Below are positions 32,861 to 42,271 of a stretch of DNA of 64,000 bases, one piece after another. Every line of letters begins with the position of its first letter. The first letter of the stretch is position 1. A program made the translations under genes and the position numbers. Below the pieces are notes generated by a model. It did not search any database. It was not told the DNA's origin and saw nothing but the letters and a program-made list of their open reading frames with translations. This stretch comes from an uncultured Candidatus Rokubacteria bacterium (GTDB lineage: Bacteria > Methylomirabilota > Methylomirabilia > Rokubacteriales > DASRDR01), in the NCBI GenBank assembly GCA_963708025.1, contig CAVPSB010000015.1, positions 64,001 through 128,000 of the forward strand. Reading direction: 5' to 3'.

Positions 32861-34651
32861 ATGGATGACACGCGGGCGAGCGTGGCACGCCACGACGGAG
32901 CGCCGGCCGCGGCGCCCGCGTCCGCGGTCTGGGCCAGCGACGTCGTCGCCGACCTGCTGCGGGCGCTCGGACTGCCCTACGTCTGCCTCAACCCGGGGGC
33001 GAGCTTCCGCGGCCTGCACGACAGCCTGGTCAACCATCTCGGCAACCGCGATCCCCGGATGCTGCTGTGCCTGCACGAGGAGCACGCGGTGGCGATCGCC
33101 CACGGCTGGGCCAAGGTGACCGGCCGGCCCCTCGGCGTGATCGTCCACGCCAACGTCGGCCTGATGCACGCGACCATGGCGATCTTCGACGCCTGGTGCG
33201 ACCGGGTGCCGGTGATCGTGCTCGGCGCCACCGGCCCGGTGGACGCGGCCCGGCGCCGGCCGTGGATCGACTGGATCCACACCGCGCGCGACCAGGGCGC
33301 GCTGGTGCGCCACTACGTCAAGTGGGACGACCAGCCGGCGTCCGTCGCCGCCGCCCAGGAGGCGCTGCTGCGCGCGGCGCAGATCGCGAGCACGGCGCCG
33401 CGGGGGCCGGTCTACGTCTGCCTCGACGCCGCGCTGCAGGAGGCCCGGCTCGATTCGCCGCCGCGCCCGCCCGAGGTCGGGCGCTTCCGCCCGCCGGTGT
33501 CGCCGCCGCCGGCGCCGGAGCTGGTGCGTCAGGCGGCGGAGTGGCTCGGCGCGGCGCGGAGCCCGGTGATCCTGATGGGGCGGGTCTCGCGCGACGAGGG
33601 CGCCTGGCGGGAGCGCGTGGCGCTCGCCGAGAGCCTGGGCGCCGCCGTGCTCACCGACCTGAAGGTCGGCGCGGCCTTTCCCACCGACCATCCGCTGCAC
33701 GCCGCGGCGCCCGGCATCTTCCTGTCGCCCACCGCCGCGGCCGAGCTGAGAGCCGCCGACGTGGTGCTGAGCCTCGACTGGGTCGACCTGGCCGGCACCC
33801 TCAAGCAGGCCTGGGGCGCCGAGGAGATCGGCGCCCGTGTGATCCAGGTCTCGCTGGACCAGCTCGTCCACAACGGCTGGAGCATGGACCACCAGGGCCT
33901 GCCGCCGGCCGACCTCTATCTCCTGAGCGAGCCCGACGTGGCGGTGCCGCGGCTCCTGGAGGCGGTGCGGTCACGAGTCCCGCGGCCCCGGCCCCGGACG
34001 GCAACGCCGGTGGCGCCGGCCGGCGCACCGGCCGACGGCCGCATCGCCATCGGGGACCTCGCCCGGACGCTCCAGCAGGCGGTCGCGGGCGAACCCGTGT
34101 CCTTGCTGCGGCTGCCCCTCGGCTGGTCGGGCGAGCTGTGGCACTTCCGCCACCCGCTCGACTACCTCGGCAGCGACGGCGGTGGCGGCATCGGCTCCGG
34201 CCCGGGCATGGCGGTCGGCGCGGCGCTGGCGCTCCAGGGCGGGGGGCGGTTGCCGGTCGCGATCCTCGGCGACGGCGACTACCTCATGGGGCTCACCGCG
34301 CTGTGGACGGCGGCCCACGCGCGGGTGCCGCTGCTGGTGGTGGTCGCCAACAACAACTCGTACTTCAACGACGAGCTGCACCAGGAGCGGGTGGCGCGAG
34401 TCCGCGGCCGGCCGGTGGAGAACCGCTGGATCGGCCAGCGCATCGCCGATCCCGCCCCCGACCTGGCGCTGCTCGCCCGCGGCCAGGGGCTGGCGGGCAT
34501 CGGCCCGGTGGAGAAGCCCGAGGCGCTCGCCCCAGCGCTCGCCGAGGCTGTGGCCCTGGTGAAGCAGGGCCAGGCCTGCGTGGTGGACGTGCGCGTCGCC
34601 CCCGGCTACGGGCCGTCGAGCGCCCTGACCCGCGGCGAGCGCCCGGGCTGA
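32861..34651 (+). CDS. Thiamine pyrophosphate-binding protein (decarboxylase-like)
   Basis: NPGASFRGLHDS, LHEEHAV, LGDGDYLMG…NNNSYFNDE. Confidence 0.88.
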   Translation: MDDTRASVARHDGAPAAAPASAVWASDVVADLLRALGLPYVCLNPGASFRGLHDSLVNHLGNRDPRMLLCLHEEHAVAIAHGWAKVTGRPLGVIVHANVGLMHATMAIFDAWCDRVPVIVLGATGPVDAARRRPWIDWIHTARDQGALVRHYVKWDDQPASVAAAQEALLRAAQIASTAPRGPVYVCLDAALQEARLDSPPRPPEVGRFRPPVSPPPAPELVRQAAEWLGAARSPVILMGRVSRDEGAWRERVALAESLGAAVLTDLKVGAAFPTDHPLHAAAPGIFLSPTAAAELRAADVVLSLDWVDLAGTLKQAWGAEEIGARVIQVSLDQLVHNGWSMDHQGLPPADLYLLSEPDVAVPRLLEAVRSRVPRPRPRTATPVAPAGAPADGRIAIGDLARTLQQAVAGEPVSLLRLPLGWSGELWHFRHPLDYLGSDGGGGIGSGPGMAVGAALALQGGGRLPVAILGDGDYLMGLTALWTAAHARVPLLVVVANNNSYFNDELHQERVARVRGRPVENRWIGQRIADPAPDLALLARGQGLAGIGPVEKPEALAPALAEAVALVKQGQACVVDVRVAPGYGPSSALTRGERPG

Positions 34652-34662
34652 CCCGCGGGCTC

Positions 34663-34781
34663 GAGAGCGTGTGAAGGAATCGGGATTCTCCGGCTCCCCC
34701 CTCCCCCCAGCCAAAGGCCGAAGGCCGTCCATGAGTAGGGGAGGGGGGCTGGGGGGGGTGGGCGGGAGGTCCCAAACTGAG
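34663..34781 (+). repeat. Full-length G-rich gene-junction repeat carrying the ATPase RBS
   Basis: GAAGGAATCGGGA…CCCCCTCCCC-[GGCCGAAGGCC]-GGGGAGGGGG…GGGAGGTCCCAAACTGAG-ATG. Confidence 0.75.
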
Positions 34782-35603
34782 ATGCCGGCAGCGCGCGGTG
34801 ACGGCGGGAGCGTCGCGCTGTCGATCCGAAACGTCAGCAAGCGCTTCGGTCGGGGCGCCGACGCCATCCACGCCCTCGACGACATCTCGCTGGAGGTGAG
34901 CCCGGGAGAGCTCCTGGCGGTGATCGGGCCGTCGGGGTGCGGCAAGTCGACGCTGTTCAACGTCGTCGGCGGCCTGATCGACGACTACCAGGGCGAGATC
35001 CGGGTGGACGGCCGGCCGGTGCGTGGTCCGCAGCGCGACATGGGCATGGTGTTCCAGGAGGAGTCGACCTTCCCGTGGCTCACCACGCTCGAGAACGTGA
35101 TGTTTCCCCTGGAGGTCGGCGGCGTCGCCCGGCCCGAATGCCGCGCCCGTGCCCGGGAGCTTCTGCGGCTGGTGGGGCTGGAGGAGTTCGCCGGGCGGTA
35201 CCCGGCCGAGCTCTCCGGCGGGATGCGCCAGCGCACCGCCATCGCCCGGACGCTCGCCTTCGCCCCCCGGATCCTGCTCATGGACGAGCCGTTCGGCGCG
35301 CTCGACGAGCAGACCCGACTGCTGCTCGGCGACAAGGTATTGCAGATCCAGAGCGAGCTGGGCCAGACGTCGCTCCTGATCACCCACAGCCTGACCGAGG
35401 CGGTGCAGCTCGCCGACCGGGTGGCGGTCATGACGTTCCGGCCGGGACGCATCAAGCGGGTGGTCGAGATCGACCTGCCGCGGCCGCGCACCTCCGAGAT
35501 CGTGGCCAGCGCCGAGTTCGGGCGCCTGGTCGGGCTCCTGTGGGGAGACCTGCGCGAAGAGGCCTCGCGCGGCCTCTCCGAGACCGAAGCCGCCGCCCGG
35601 TAG
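34782..35603 (+). CDS. NitT/TauT-type ABC transporter ATP-binding protein
   Basis: GPSGCGKST, LSGGMRQR, LLMDEPFGALD, ITHS. Confidence 0.93.
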   Translation: MPAARGDGGSVALSIRNVSKRFGRGADAIHALDDISLEVSPGELLAVIGPSGCGKSTLFNVVGGLIDDYQGEIRVDGRPVRGPQRDMGMVFQEESTFPWLTTLENVMFPLEVGGVARPECRARARELLRLVGLEEFAGRYPAELSGGMRQRTAIARTLAFAPRILLMDEPFGALDEQTRLLLGDKVLQIQSELGQTSLLITHSLTEAVQLADRVAVMTFRPGRIKRVVEIDLPRPRTSEIVASAEFGRLVGLLWGDLREEASRGLSETEAAAR

Positions 35604-35609
35604 CGATTC

Positions 35610-35722
35610 GGATCGGGTGTCCAACTCGCCCTCCGACTCCCCCCTCCCCCCCGGTGGGTGGGGGAGGGGGGCCAAAGGGCCGAAGGCCGTCGAACAACAG
35701 GGTAGGAGGGAGGATTCAAGTA
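35610..35722 (+). repeat. G-rich gene-junction repeat
   Basis: CCGACTCCCCCTCCCCCCGGTGGGTGGGGGAGGGGG is shared with 52381-52416, followed by the GGCCGAAGGCCGTCGAAC module. Confidence 0.72.
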
Positions 35723-36688
35723 ATGCACAGCATGAAGTCCATCGTCGCAGTGGCGCTCGGTCTGCTGATGCTGGCGGCGCTGCCGGCCCAGGCCCAGGCG
35801 CCCGATCGGGTCAGGGCCGCGATCGGCCAGCGCGGCAACTGGGACACGATGGTGGTGCCGCAGGGGATCGAGGCCGGCTTCTTCAAGAAGGAGAACCTCG
35901 AGGTCGAAATGACCTGGACGCGCGGCGGCGCCGAGACGCTGCAGGCGCTCATCACCGGCAGCGTGGACGTCGACCTCGCCAACGGAATCCTCGGCGTGAT
36001 CGGCGCCTACGCCAAGGGCGCGCCGATCCGGGTGATCAGCGCCGAGTTCACCGGCGCCCACGACCTGTTCTGGTACGTCAAGGCCGACAGCCCCGTGAAG
36101 TCCATGAAGGACATGGACGGCCGGACCATGGGCTACTCGCGCCCGGGCTCGTCCACGCATCTCGTCTCGCAGTCGCTGGCGGCGGCGGCGGGCGTGAAGC
36201 CCCGCTTCGTGTCGGCCGGCGGCGTGCCCGACAACCGCACCCAGGTCATGTCGGGCCAGATCGACGCCGGCTGGTCCATCCCCCCGTTCAACCTCGAGCT
36301 CCTGGCCGAGGGGAAGATCCGCGTCATCGCCCGCGGCGGCGACGTGCCGGCGCTGTCCGCCCAGACCGTCCGGGTGAACGTGGCCAGCCTGAAGTTCCTC
36401 ACCGAGCGCCGGGACGTGGCGCGCCGCTTCGTGAAGGCGTACCCGACACGATCGACTGGATGTACAAGAACCCGGAGGCCGCCATCGCCTTCTTCGCCAA
36501 GTTCAACAGCGTCTCGCTGGACATCGCGAAGCAAGACCCAGGAGTCCTACCCCCGGCAGGCCATGGCGCCCGAGCCGGTCGCGGGCCTGGAGCAGACCCT
36601 GGCCCAGGCGCTCGAGTACAAGCAGCTCGACAAGCCGATGAGCGTCCAGCAGGCGCAGGGCCTGTTCGACTTCGTCTACAAGCCGTAG
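35723..36688 (+). CDS. NitT/TauT-type ABC substrate-binding protein, two compensating frameshifts (~36442, ~36535)
   Basis: Signal peptide; GFFKKENLEV, GYSRPGSS, SGQIDAG; segment DTIDWMYKNPEAAIAFFAK lies in the alternative frame. Confidence 0.88.
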   Translation: MHSMKSIVAVALGLLMLAALPAQAQAPDRVRAAIGQRGNWDTMVVPQGIEAGFFKKENLEVEMTWTRGGAETLQALITGSVDVDLANGILGVIGAYAKGAPIRVISAEFTGAHDLFWYVKADSPVKSMKDMDGRTMGYSRPGSSTHLVSQSLAAAAGVKPRFVSAGGVPDNRTQVMSGQIDAGWSIPPFNLELLAEGKIRVIARGGDVPALSAQTVRVNVASLKFLTERRDVARRFVKAYPTRSTGCTRTRRPPSPSSPSSTASRWTSRSKTQESYPRQAMAPEPVAGLEQTLAQALEYKQLDKPMSVQQAQGLFDFVYKP

Positions 36689-36816
36689 GGGCGGGGCAGT
36701 TAGTTAGAGCCCCTGACTCCTCCATCGGGCAAGGGCGAGAGAGGAGGTTCTCGCGCATCCGACGACAAGAAGCGGCAGTAACGAATAGACATGCGAAATG
36801 GGTTGAAGCCTACGAG

Positions 36817-36885
36817 GTGTATCCTTTTCGATACACTGCATCGAAACGCGAATTCCTTGACAGGATCTGCTCCGCTTGCTACCGT
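36817..36885 (+). promoter_or_regulatory. Sigma70-type promoter with upstream palindromic operator for the inserted cassette
   Basis: TTGACA 36857-36862, 17-bp spacer, TGc-TACCGT 36880-36885; GTGTATC-N6-GATACAC at 36817-36836. Confidence 0.6.
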
Positions 36886-36943
36886 CGCCTGCACTTCAGC
36901 CGTTCGATTATTTTCGATTATTATAGAACATGGGGAGGGCCAC

Positions 36944-38413
36944 ATGTCTGCCTGTCTCCCATCCCTTCGGTTGCTCCTCACTGTTCTCGGCGCGCTCGCC
37001 CTTGCGCCGATCATCGTCGCACCATGCGCAGCGGCGGCTGACTATTTCCTGCATACCACCCAGGCGGACATTCTGGATCAAACGAGTCCGACCGCAACGA
37101 CCGCCAAGCTCAAGGATTCTCCCGCGGTCAACCGGACGACCTATCAGCCGATCGGAACGTGGTCGGGGGCGCCGACGAACCAGGCCCGCCAGCTGGACTC
37201 GGTCAGCGCGGTGCACGTGTGGGTCGGCCTCAAGAACAGCGACGACCAGGGCACGTATTTCGACGTGCGGGCGGAGGTCCGAAAGAACGGGGTCGTGGTC
37301 GCCTCGGGCGAGACCAAGAACATTCAAGGCGTCACCCGGAATCCGGATCTGGCGAAGGAAGTGGTGGTGGCTCTCGGGCTGACGTCCCCGGTCATGTTCG
37401 ACGCGGGCGACGTCCTGTCGCTCAAGCTCCTCGCAAAGGTGGCCGACAGCGGCGGCCATGCGAACGCGGTCGGCCTGCGGGCCTACTACGACGGCACCAG
37501 CCGCGCCTCGCGGTTCGGGGCCACGCTCACGGCGGCGGCAAGCCTCCAGATCGCGATCACCAGTCCCATGGACGGTGGCGTCCTCCCGGAGCCGGCCACG
37601 CTGGTGGAGGGGACGCTGACCGGTCCGCCGGGCACCGGAGTGACTCTGACGATCACTCTGACCTTCCAGGAACAATCCTTCGAGCTCCCCATTCCGGTTC
37701 AGCTCGCCCAGGGCCGATTTGCAGCCTGGGTTGCCTTGACGGTGGGAGCCAATCGGCTGGTCGCGCGGGCCACCGCACCGACGGGAGCATCGGCCGAGAG
37801 CGCAGCCTCCGTCATCGTGCAGGCGGACGATCCCGAGCTGACCCGCGTGCCCCGGCCCGATGTGTCGCCCACCGTCGGCTTCGCGCCCCTGGCGGTGACC
37901 TTCGGAGGCGTCGCCGCGGCGGCCCCCGAGGTCGTCGTCCTCGACCTCGACGTGGACAGCGACGGCGTTCCCGATTACACTCTGGCCCACTTCGCCACGC
38001 CGCCCCACAAAGTCACGCACGTCTACTCGACCGAGGGTCTCTATATCACGACCATGGTGATTCGGGATGCGACCGGGCAATCGCGGACGACGCGGGTCCC
38101 GATCAACGTCATCCCGGTGCCGGATCTTGGCGCCATCTGGCGTGCCTTCCAGGCGGCGCTGGTTTCCGGGGACATCGACGCGGCGCTTCAGTATGTCGCG
38201 GTAGAAGCCCGCGATCGGTACCGAAGCGCGTTCCTGAATCTGCAGTCAGACCTCCCGAGCATCGCGGCCGCGTTCCAGACGCTGACCGTTCAGGTGATCA
38301 CGAGCGGCTACGGGACGGCCTCGCTCGTCCGGATCCGCGATGGGCTCTCCGAAGGCTTCTTGATCCATTTCGTGCGTGACGGCGATGGCGTCTGGCGTAT
38401 CGCGAGCATGTAG
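36944..38413 (+). CDS. Secreted multidomain protein (unknown N-domain, Ig-like, PKD, NTF2-like C-terminus)
   Basis: RBS GGGGAGG; signal peptide; IAITSP..VEGT Ig strand pattern; PKD-like GFAPLAVTF…THVYSTEGLY; C-terminal W..F..AL..GDIDAAL…F.RDGDGVWRI. Confidence 0.7.
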   Translation: MSACLPSLRLLLTVLGALALAPIIVAPCAAAADYFLHTTQADILDQTSPTATTAKLKDSPAVNRTTYQPIGTWSGAPTNQARQLDSVSAVHVWVGLKNSDDQGTYFDVRAEVRKNGVVVASGETKNIQGVTRNPDLAKEVVVALGLTSPVMFDAGDVLSLKLLAKVADSGGHANAVGLRAYYDGTSRASRFGATLTAAASLQIAITSPMDGGVLPEPATLVEGTLTGPPGTGVTLTITLTFQEQSFELPIPVQLAQGRFAAWVALTVGANRLVARATAPTGASAESAASVIVQADDPELTRVPRPDVSPTVGFAPLAVTFGGVAAAAPEVVVLDLDVDSDGVPDYTLAHFATPPHKVTHVYSTEGLYITTMVIRDATGQSRTTRVPINVIPVPDLGAIWRAFQAALVSGDIDAALQYVAVEARDRYRSAFLNLQSDLPSIAAAFQTLTVQVITSGYGTASLVRIRDGLSEGFLIHFVRDGDGVWRIASM

Positions 38414-38420
38414 GTTGGCG

Positions 38421-39089
38421 ATGTGGCGCGCGGGAATGGCGGTGCTCCTCGCCGTCATCGTTCCGATTGCCTGTGTCGCGGCGGCACCGGCGTTCTACTC
38501 CGGCGCCGCGATTCGGGGCCGCGTAGTGGACGCCGAGAGCCAGCAGCCCCTCGAAGGCGTCCATGTCGTTACCCAGACGGTTCTCAGCACCGGATTCTTA
38601 CACGGGCAGCACGTCGAGCGCTTCCACGTGGCGGAGACCGTGACGAACGCGCGGGGCGAGTACGAGCTGCCGGCATGGGGACCGAAGCCGCGGCCGTTCC
38701 TGTCTGAGCTAGACTATGGCGATCCGCGATTGACGTACTTCAAGCCCGGCTACCGTGCCGAGTTTCGAGGCAATCCGGCCAGCGTCCCGAACGACAACTC
38801 GGTGAGAGCATCCCAGTGGGATGGCGCGACGATCCCCCTGACCCAATTCCGGGGAGCGCCCGAAGAGTGGGCTCGAGAGCTCCGAACGTTGCAACGGAAT
38901 CTCGCGTGGGGTGTCCTTGTCGGAGACGTCGTTCGCCGACGCAACGACTATTGGAAAGCGATGCCAACAATGGTGTGGACGATCGAGGCAGCTCGCCGTG
39001 AGTTGCCAGAGCCGATGCGTTTCATTCCGTTGGACCTTGAGAACTGGGACATCACGGAGCCGGAGTTGAACGCCCTCTTGCCACGATAG
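38421..39089 (+). CDS. Exported protein with carboxypeptidase-regulatory-like (transthyretin-like) domain
   Basis: Signal peptide; IRGRVVDAESQQPLEGVHVV, TVTNARGEYELP, YFKPGY. Confidence 0.7.
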   Translation: MWRAGMAVLLAVIVPIACVAAAPAFYSGAAIRGRVVDAESQQPLEGVHVVTQTVLSTGFLHGQHVERFHVAETVTNARGEYELPAWGPKPRPFLSELDYGDPRLTYFKPGYRAEFRGNPASVPNDNSVRASQWDGATIPLTQFRGAPEEWARELRTLQRNLAWGVLVGDVVRRRNDYWKAMPTMVWTIEAARRELPEPMRFIPLDLENWDITEPELNALLPR

Positions 39090-39100
39090 GGGTCTGCTCA

Positions 39101-41281
39101 ATGAGATTCCATCCGCGGCGCTTCACATGGCTGTCCGTCGCTTCGCTTCTCGCAGTGACAGCGTCGCCGGTGGCCGCGTACGAGTTCGATACGCACGAAG
39201 CCATGTCCGCGGCAGCGTTCCAGCTCAGCTCGCTTCCGTCACGACTGTCGGCCTATGGCATCCGAGTCGGTGACCCGCTGCCGGGACGGGTCAGGATCTT
39301 CCGGTGGGAGCGGCTGAGACCAATCGAGTGGGTCGCTCAAGGTGGCCGAGACGAGGACTGGCCGGACGTGCGAGTTATCAACCATTTCTACGATCCGTAC
39401 AATGACCGCGGGTTCACTGGCTTCGGACAGTTCGGATACAGGGCGCCGGACTGGGCCCTCGAGGACACGCGCGAGTTCCCGGATCAGAACCACTCGTACA
39501 GGGATGCGCGGGCCGCCTTCTACCTGGGCCTCACCGACCGTGACCGGGCGACGCGGGAGCGGAGCCTCGGCTACACGTTCTACGCGCTCGGCCACGTGAT
39601 GCACCTGATTCAAGACATGGCCCAGCCTCAGCACGCCCGCAATGACCCCCATCCGACCTTCTCATCACGGCGGAGCCTTTTGGAGGCATACGTTGACGAG
39701 CTCGTCAATGCGGGCCGGTTCGATCCAGCCGGCGACGTTGCGCCGAGCGCGATTCTCGGCAAGATTGGACGAGTCCGCGACCTTTGGGCGACGGGGACCG
39801 GAACGGCGATGGGGCGACTCGGCATGGCCGCGTTCACGAACGCCAGCTTCGTCTCGGCGGGCACCAACTTCAACGACCTACGAGGTGGAGCCACTGGTGG
39901 CGGCTACCCAGACCCGAAACTCGACCTCCTACAGATCAGTTCCCCCACGCCCAACGCACAGTGCAAGGATGGTGTGCGGCCTCCCTTGGGCTTCCCGCTC
40001 ACGTTCTACGGGAATCGCTTCAGTGATCCCATCCAGGGCGGTGAAATCGAGAACGATCGGATGACGACGTACTCCATCTTCGATCAGCATCTCCACGCGC
40101 AGAACGCAGGCCTTATCTTTGCGCTGAATTGCTTCAACCTGGACAGGGTTGCGGATATCCTCGTTCGCCGGGCAGTGTCCTACTCCGCGGCCCTACTCGA
40201 CTACTTCTTCCGCGGGCGGATCGAGGGACGGCTGGAGCCCCCGCGGAACGGCGAGGCTCGTGCACCGCTTCGGATCGTCAATCCGGCCTCGACCCCGACG
40301 GCGCCCGGCGAGCGCCTGACCGGGACCTTCGAGCTCTACTACGACGCGGCGGACGGGATCCGGGTGCGGCAGGCTCGCTGGGAAGACGTTGATCTTACAC
40401 CCGGCGCTCAGACCGACCCCCTGTCGATCCCCGACCCGCCGATGGATCAGCCAGCCCCGGTCGACCCGGCCCGCTACCTGCTGGTCTTCCGGGGGAAGCT
40501 CGGCGAGGAATCCGACGCAGTGACGGCCACCCAGGTAGACGGCCGCGTCTGGTATCTCCAGCTCGGCTCGCAGACGCGCGATCATGGGGCGCTCGTCGAG
40601 TATCCCCCCATGGTCCTCGAGCCCGGGCCGATCCTCTCGGGGACCCTGACACCCGTCGATCCGGCGGCGGTGTTCGACGGGACGGCGTACGTCGTCATGG
40701 CGGGGGCCGGTCGCACGGCGACGCTGGAGTACGTGTTCACGTGTGGCGGCCCCGAGTTCACGCCGATGGGCATCCAGACCCCGCGGGGCGAAGGGCGCTC
40801 CCTCATGGCGTGGTATCGAGGGCCGGCGGCGATGCGCGGCGATACGGCGGTGCTTTCGGTCAGCGGTCAGGACGAGACACTCACCGTCGAGGGGCAAGGC
40901 TACGTCAGCTCGTTCAGCCCCGTGACGATCGAGGTCGTCCGGTTCGCGGCGCCGGCGTCGCCCGAGGCGCTGGCGGCCTTCACGGTCCTGAACCCGCCGG
41001 TCGTGCAGGCCGTGCTGTCCACCGTCTCGGTGAATGCCCCGTCCTTCGTCGAGGTGGGCCCGATCGATCTCCAAGGGGCCGCCTTCGTGGGAGTGCGCCT
41101 CACCGCGGTGCCGACCGCCCCGGGCCCGATCGTTCCCAGTGGGGTCGGGGGCTTCCTGGACAACATCTGCTTTCACGAGATCGTCCCGCGGTTCGGCCTG
41201 GTCAGCCTGCGGATCTATGGGGGCAGCTTCGGCCAGGGACCCCAGGCGACCATCACGCTGAGAATCCAGCCAGCCCCCTGA
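39101..41281 (+). CDS. Secreted Zn-dependent phospholipase C / S1-P1 nuclease-fold protein with C-terminal beta domains
   Basis: Signal peptide ending PVAA then YEFDTH; EDWPD, NHFYDP, GHVMHLIQDMAQPQH, then H and E candidates, matching the tri-Zn ligand order. Confidence 0.72.
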   Translation: MRFHPRRFTWLSVASLLAVTASPVAAYEFDTHEAMSAAAFQLSSLPSRLSAYGIRVGDPLPGRVRIFRWERLRPIEWVAQGGRDEDWPDVRVINHFYDPYNDRGFTGFGQFGYRAPDWALEDTREFPDQNHSYRDARAAFYLGLTDRDRATRERSLGYTFYALGHVMHLIQDMAQPQHARNDPHPTFSSRRSLLEAYVDELVNAGRFDPAGDVAPSAILGKIGRVRDLWATGTGTAMGRLGMAAFTNASFVSAGTNFNDLRGGATGGGYPDPKLDLLQISSPTPNAQCKDGVRPPLGFPLTFYGNRFSDPIQGGEIENDRMTTYSIFDQHLHAQNAGLIFALNCFNLDRVADILVRRAVSYSAALLDYFFRGRIEGRLEPPRNGEARAPLRIVNPASTPTAPGERLTGTFELYYDAADGIRVRQARWEDVDLTPGAQTDPLSIPDPPMDQPAPVDPARYLLVFRGKLGEESDAVTATQVDGRVWYLQLGSQTRDHGALVEYPPMVLEPGPILSGTLTPVDPAAVFDGTAYVVMAGAGRTATLEYVFTCGGPEFTPMGIQTPRGEGRSLMAWYRGPAAMRGDTAVLSVSGQDETLTVEGQGYVSSFSPVTIEVVRFAAPASPEALAAFTVLNPPVVQAVLSTVSVNAPSFVEVGPIDLQGAAFVGVRLTAVPTAPGPIVPSGVGGFLDNICFHEIVPRFGLVSLRIYGGSFGQGPQATITLRIQPAP

Positions 41282-41378
41282 CGGCGCCCAGACGATCCTA
41301 AGGCGGTGGCTGACGGTCTGGAGACAGGCGGAACGGCCTTTGTTGGGGTCATTCGAGGCTGGGGCGGAGATCCGACAA

Positions 41379-42200
41379 ATGCGCATCAGCCGCAAACAAC
41401 GACTTTGGCGTTTCAAGGAGTCGGAGTCGTCAGGGTGGGGTTGGATCGGCGGGGTGGTGCTGCTGCTGACTGTCTCGACGGTGTCGGTTGCGGAGGAGGC
41501 GCCGAAGTTCGACGGCCGGGGCTGGATGGTCGGGAACCAGCAGAAGAACGCTCGCCAGAGCCTGACGGAGTACGTGTTGCCCGGCCAGACGGTAGACAAC
41601 TGGAGGGAGCTGGTCACCAGCACCGTCTTCTACCAGCCCGTCCCCCTCGCCGCCTTCGTGGAGAGGCTCCACTCGTCCATGTCCCGGGGTTGTCCCTCCC
41701 TCGTCTGGAACGTCATCCGGCAGGATGAGAAGACCGTGGTCTTCGAGTGGCGGGACGCGGGGTGCGGCGGCTTCGAGCCTCAGAGCGAGCTGGACCGGGT
41801 CACGATCGAGAAGGATGGACTCTACCGGCTGGCGTATGCGGCCAAGGTCCAAGGGCCTCTTCCGCCCGAGAAGCGAAAGGAATGGCTCGCCATCCTGGGC
41901 CAGGTTCCACTCGCCGAGCGTTCCGTGGGCGGAACGTCGCCCGCCGGAACGCCGGCCGCCTCGGCCCCAGGCAGCAAGGCAGGGGCGCCGGCAACGAAGC
42001 TGTCCACCGAAGAGCTCGCGGCCGGAGTGCGTCGGAGCGGGTGGACCTGCCCGGCGGGCGTCAAGAGCGAGGTCAAGGGTCAAGTGCAAGGGCCTCAGGG
42101 ACCTCTGACGACGTGGCTCCTCGACTGCTCGAACGGTCAGCAGTACACGGTGCTCGTGGACCCATCCGGCTCCATGACCGCCTTCCAGACGCCCAGGTAG
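41379..42200 (+). CDS. Hypothetical exported protein
   Basis: Hydrophobic signal-like segment; EYVLPGQTVDNWRELVT domain; Pro/Ala linker; small C-terminal two-Cys domain; start uncertain. Confidence 0.6.
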   Translation: MRISRKQRLWRFKESESSGWGWIGGVVLLLTVSTVSVAEEAPKFDGRGWMVGNQQKNARQSLTEYVLPGQTVDNWRELVTSTVFYQPVPLAAFVERLHSSMSRGCPSLVWNVIRQDEKTVVFEWRDAGCGGFEPQSELDRVTIEKDGLYRLAYAAKVQGPLPPEKRKEWLAILGQVPLAERSVGGTSPAGTPAASAPGSKAGAPATKLSTEELAAGVRRSGWTCPAGVKSEVKGQVQGPQGPLTTWLLDCSNGQQYTVLVDPSGSMTAFQTPR

Positions 42201-42202
42201 AC

Positions 42203-42271
42203 GGAAGGGAATCGGCTGCCCGGCTCCCTCTCGGCGGATGGCCGGGGGTGGGTGGGAGGTCCCGAGCTGAG
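42203..42271 (+). repeat. Degenerate gene-junction repeat at permease start
   Basis: GAAGGGAATCGG…GGGGGTGGGTGGGAGGTCCCGAGCTGAG matches the ends of 34663-34781. Confidence 0.65.

Noticed and set aside
36720-36790. Possible c-di-GMP-I riboswitch (GGGCAA…GACGACAA)
   Set aside because: Lacks the GAAA tetraloop, GACGCAAA and P3 consensus, and lies upstream of the predicted promoter
38421-38480. Lipoprotein signal (PIAC) on the candidate immunity protein
   Set aside because: Pro at -3 does not fit the lipobox; a signal peptidase I site is more plausible
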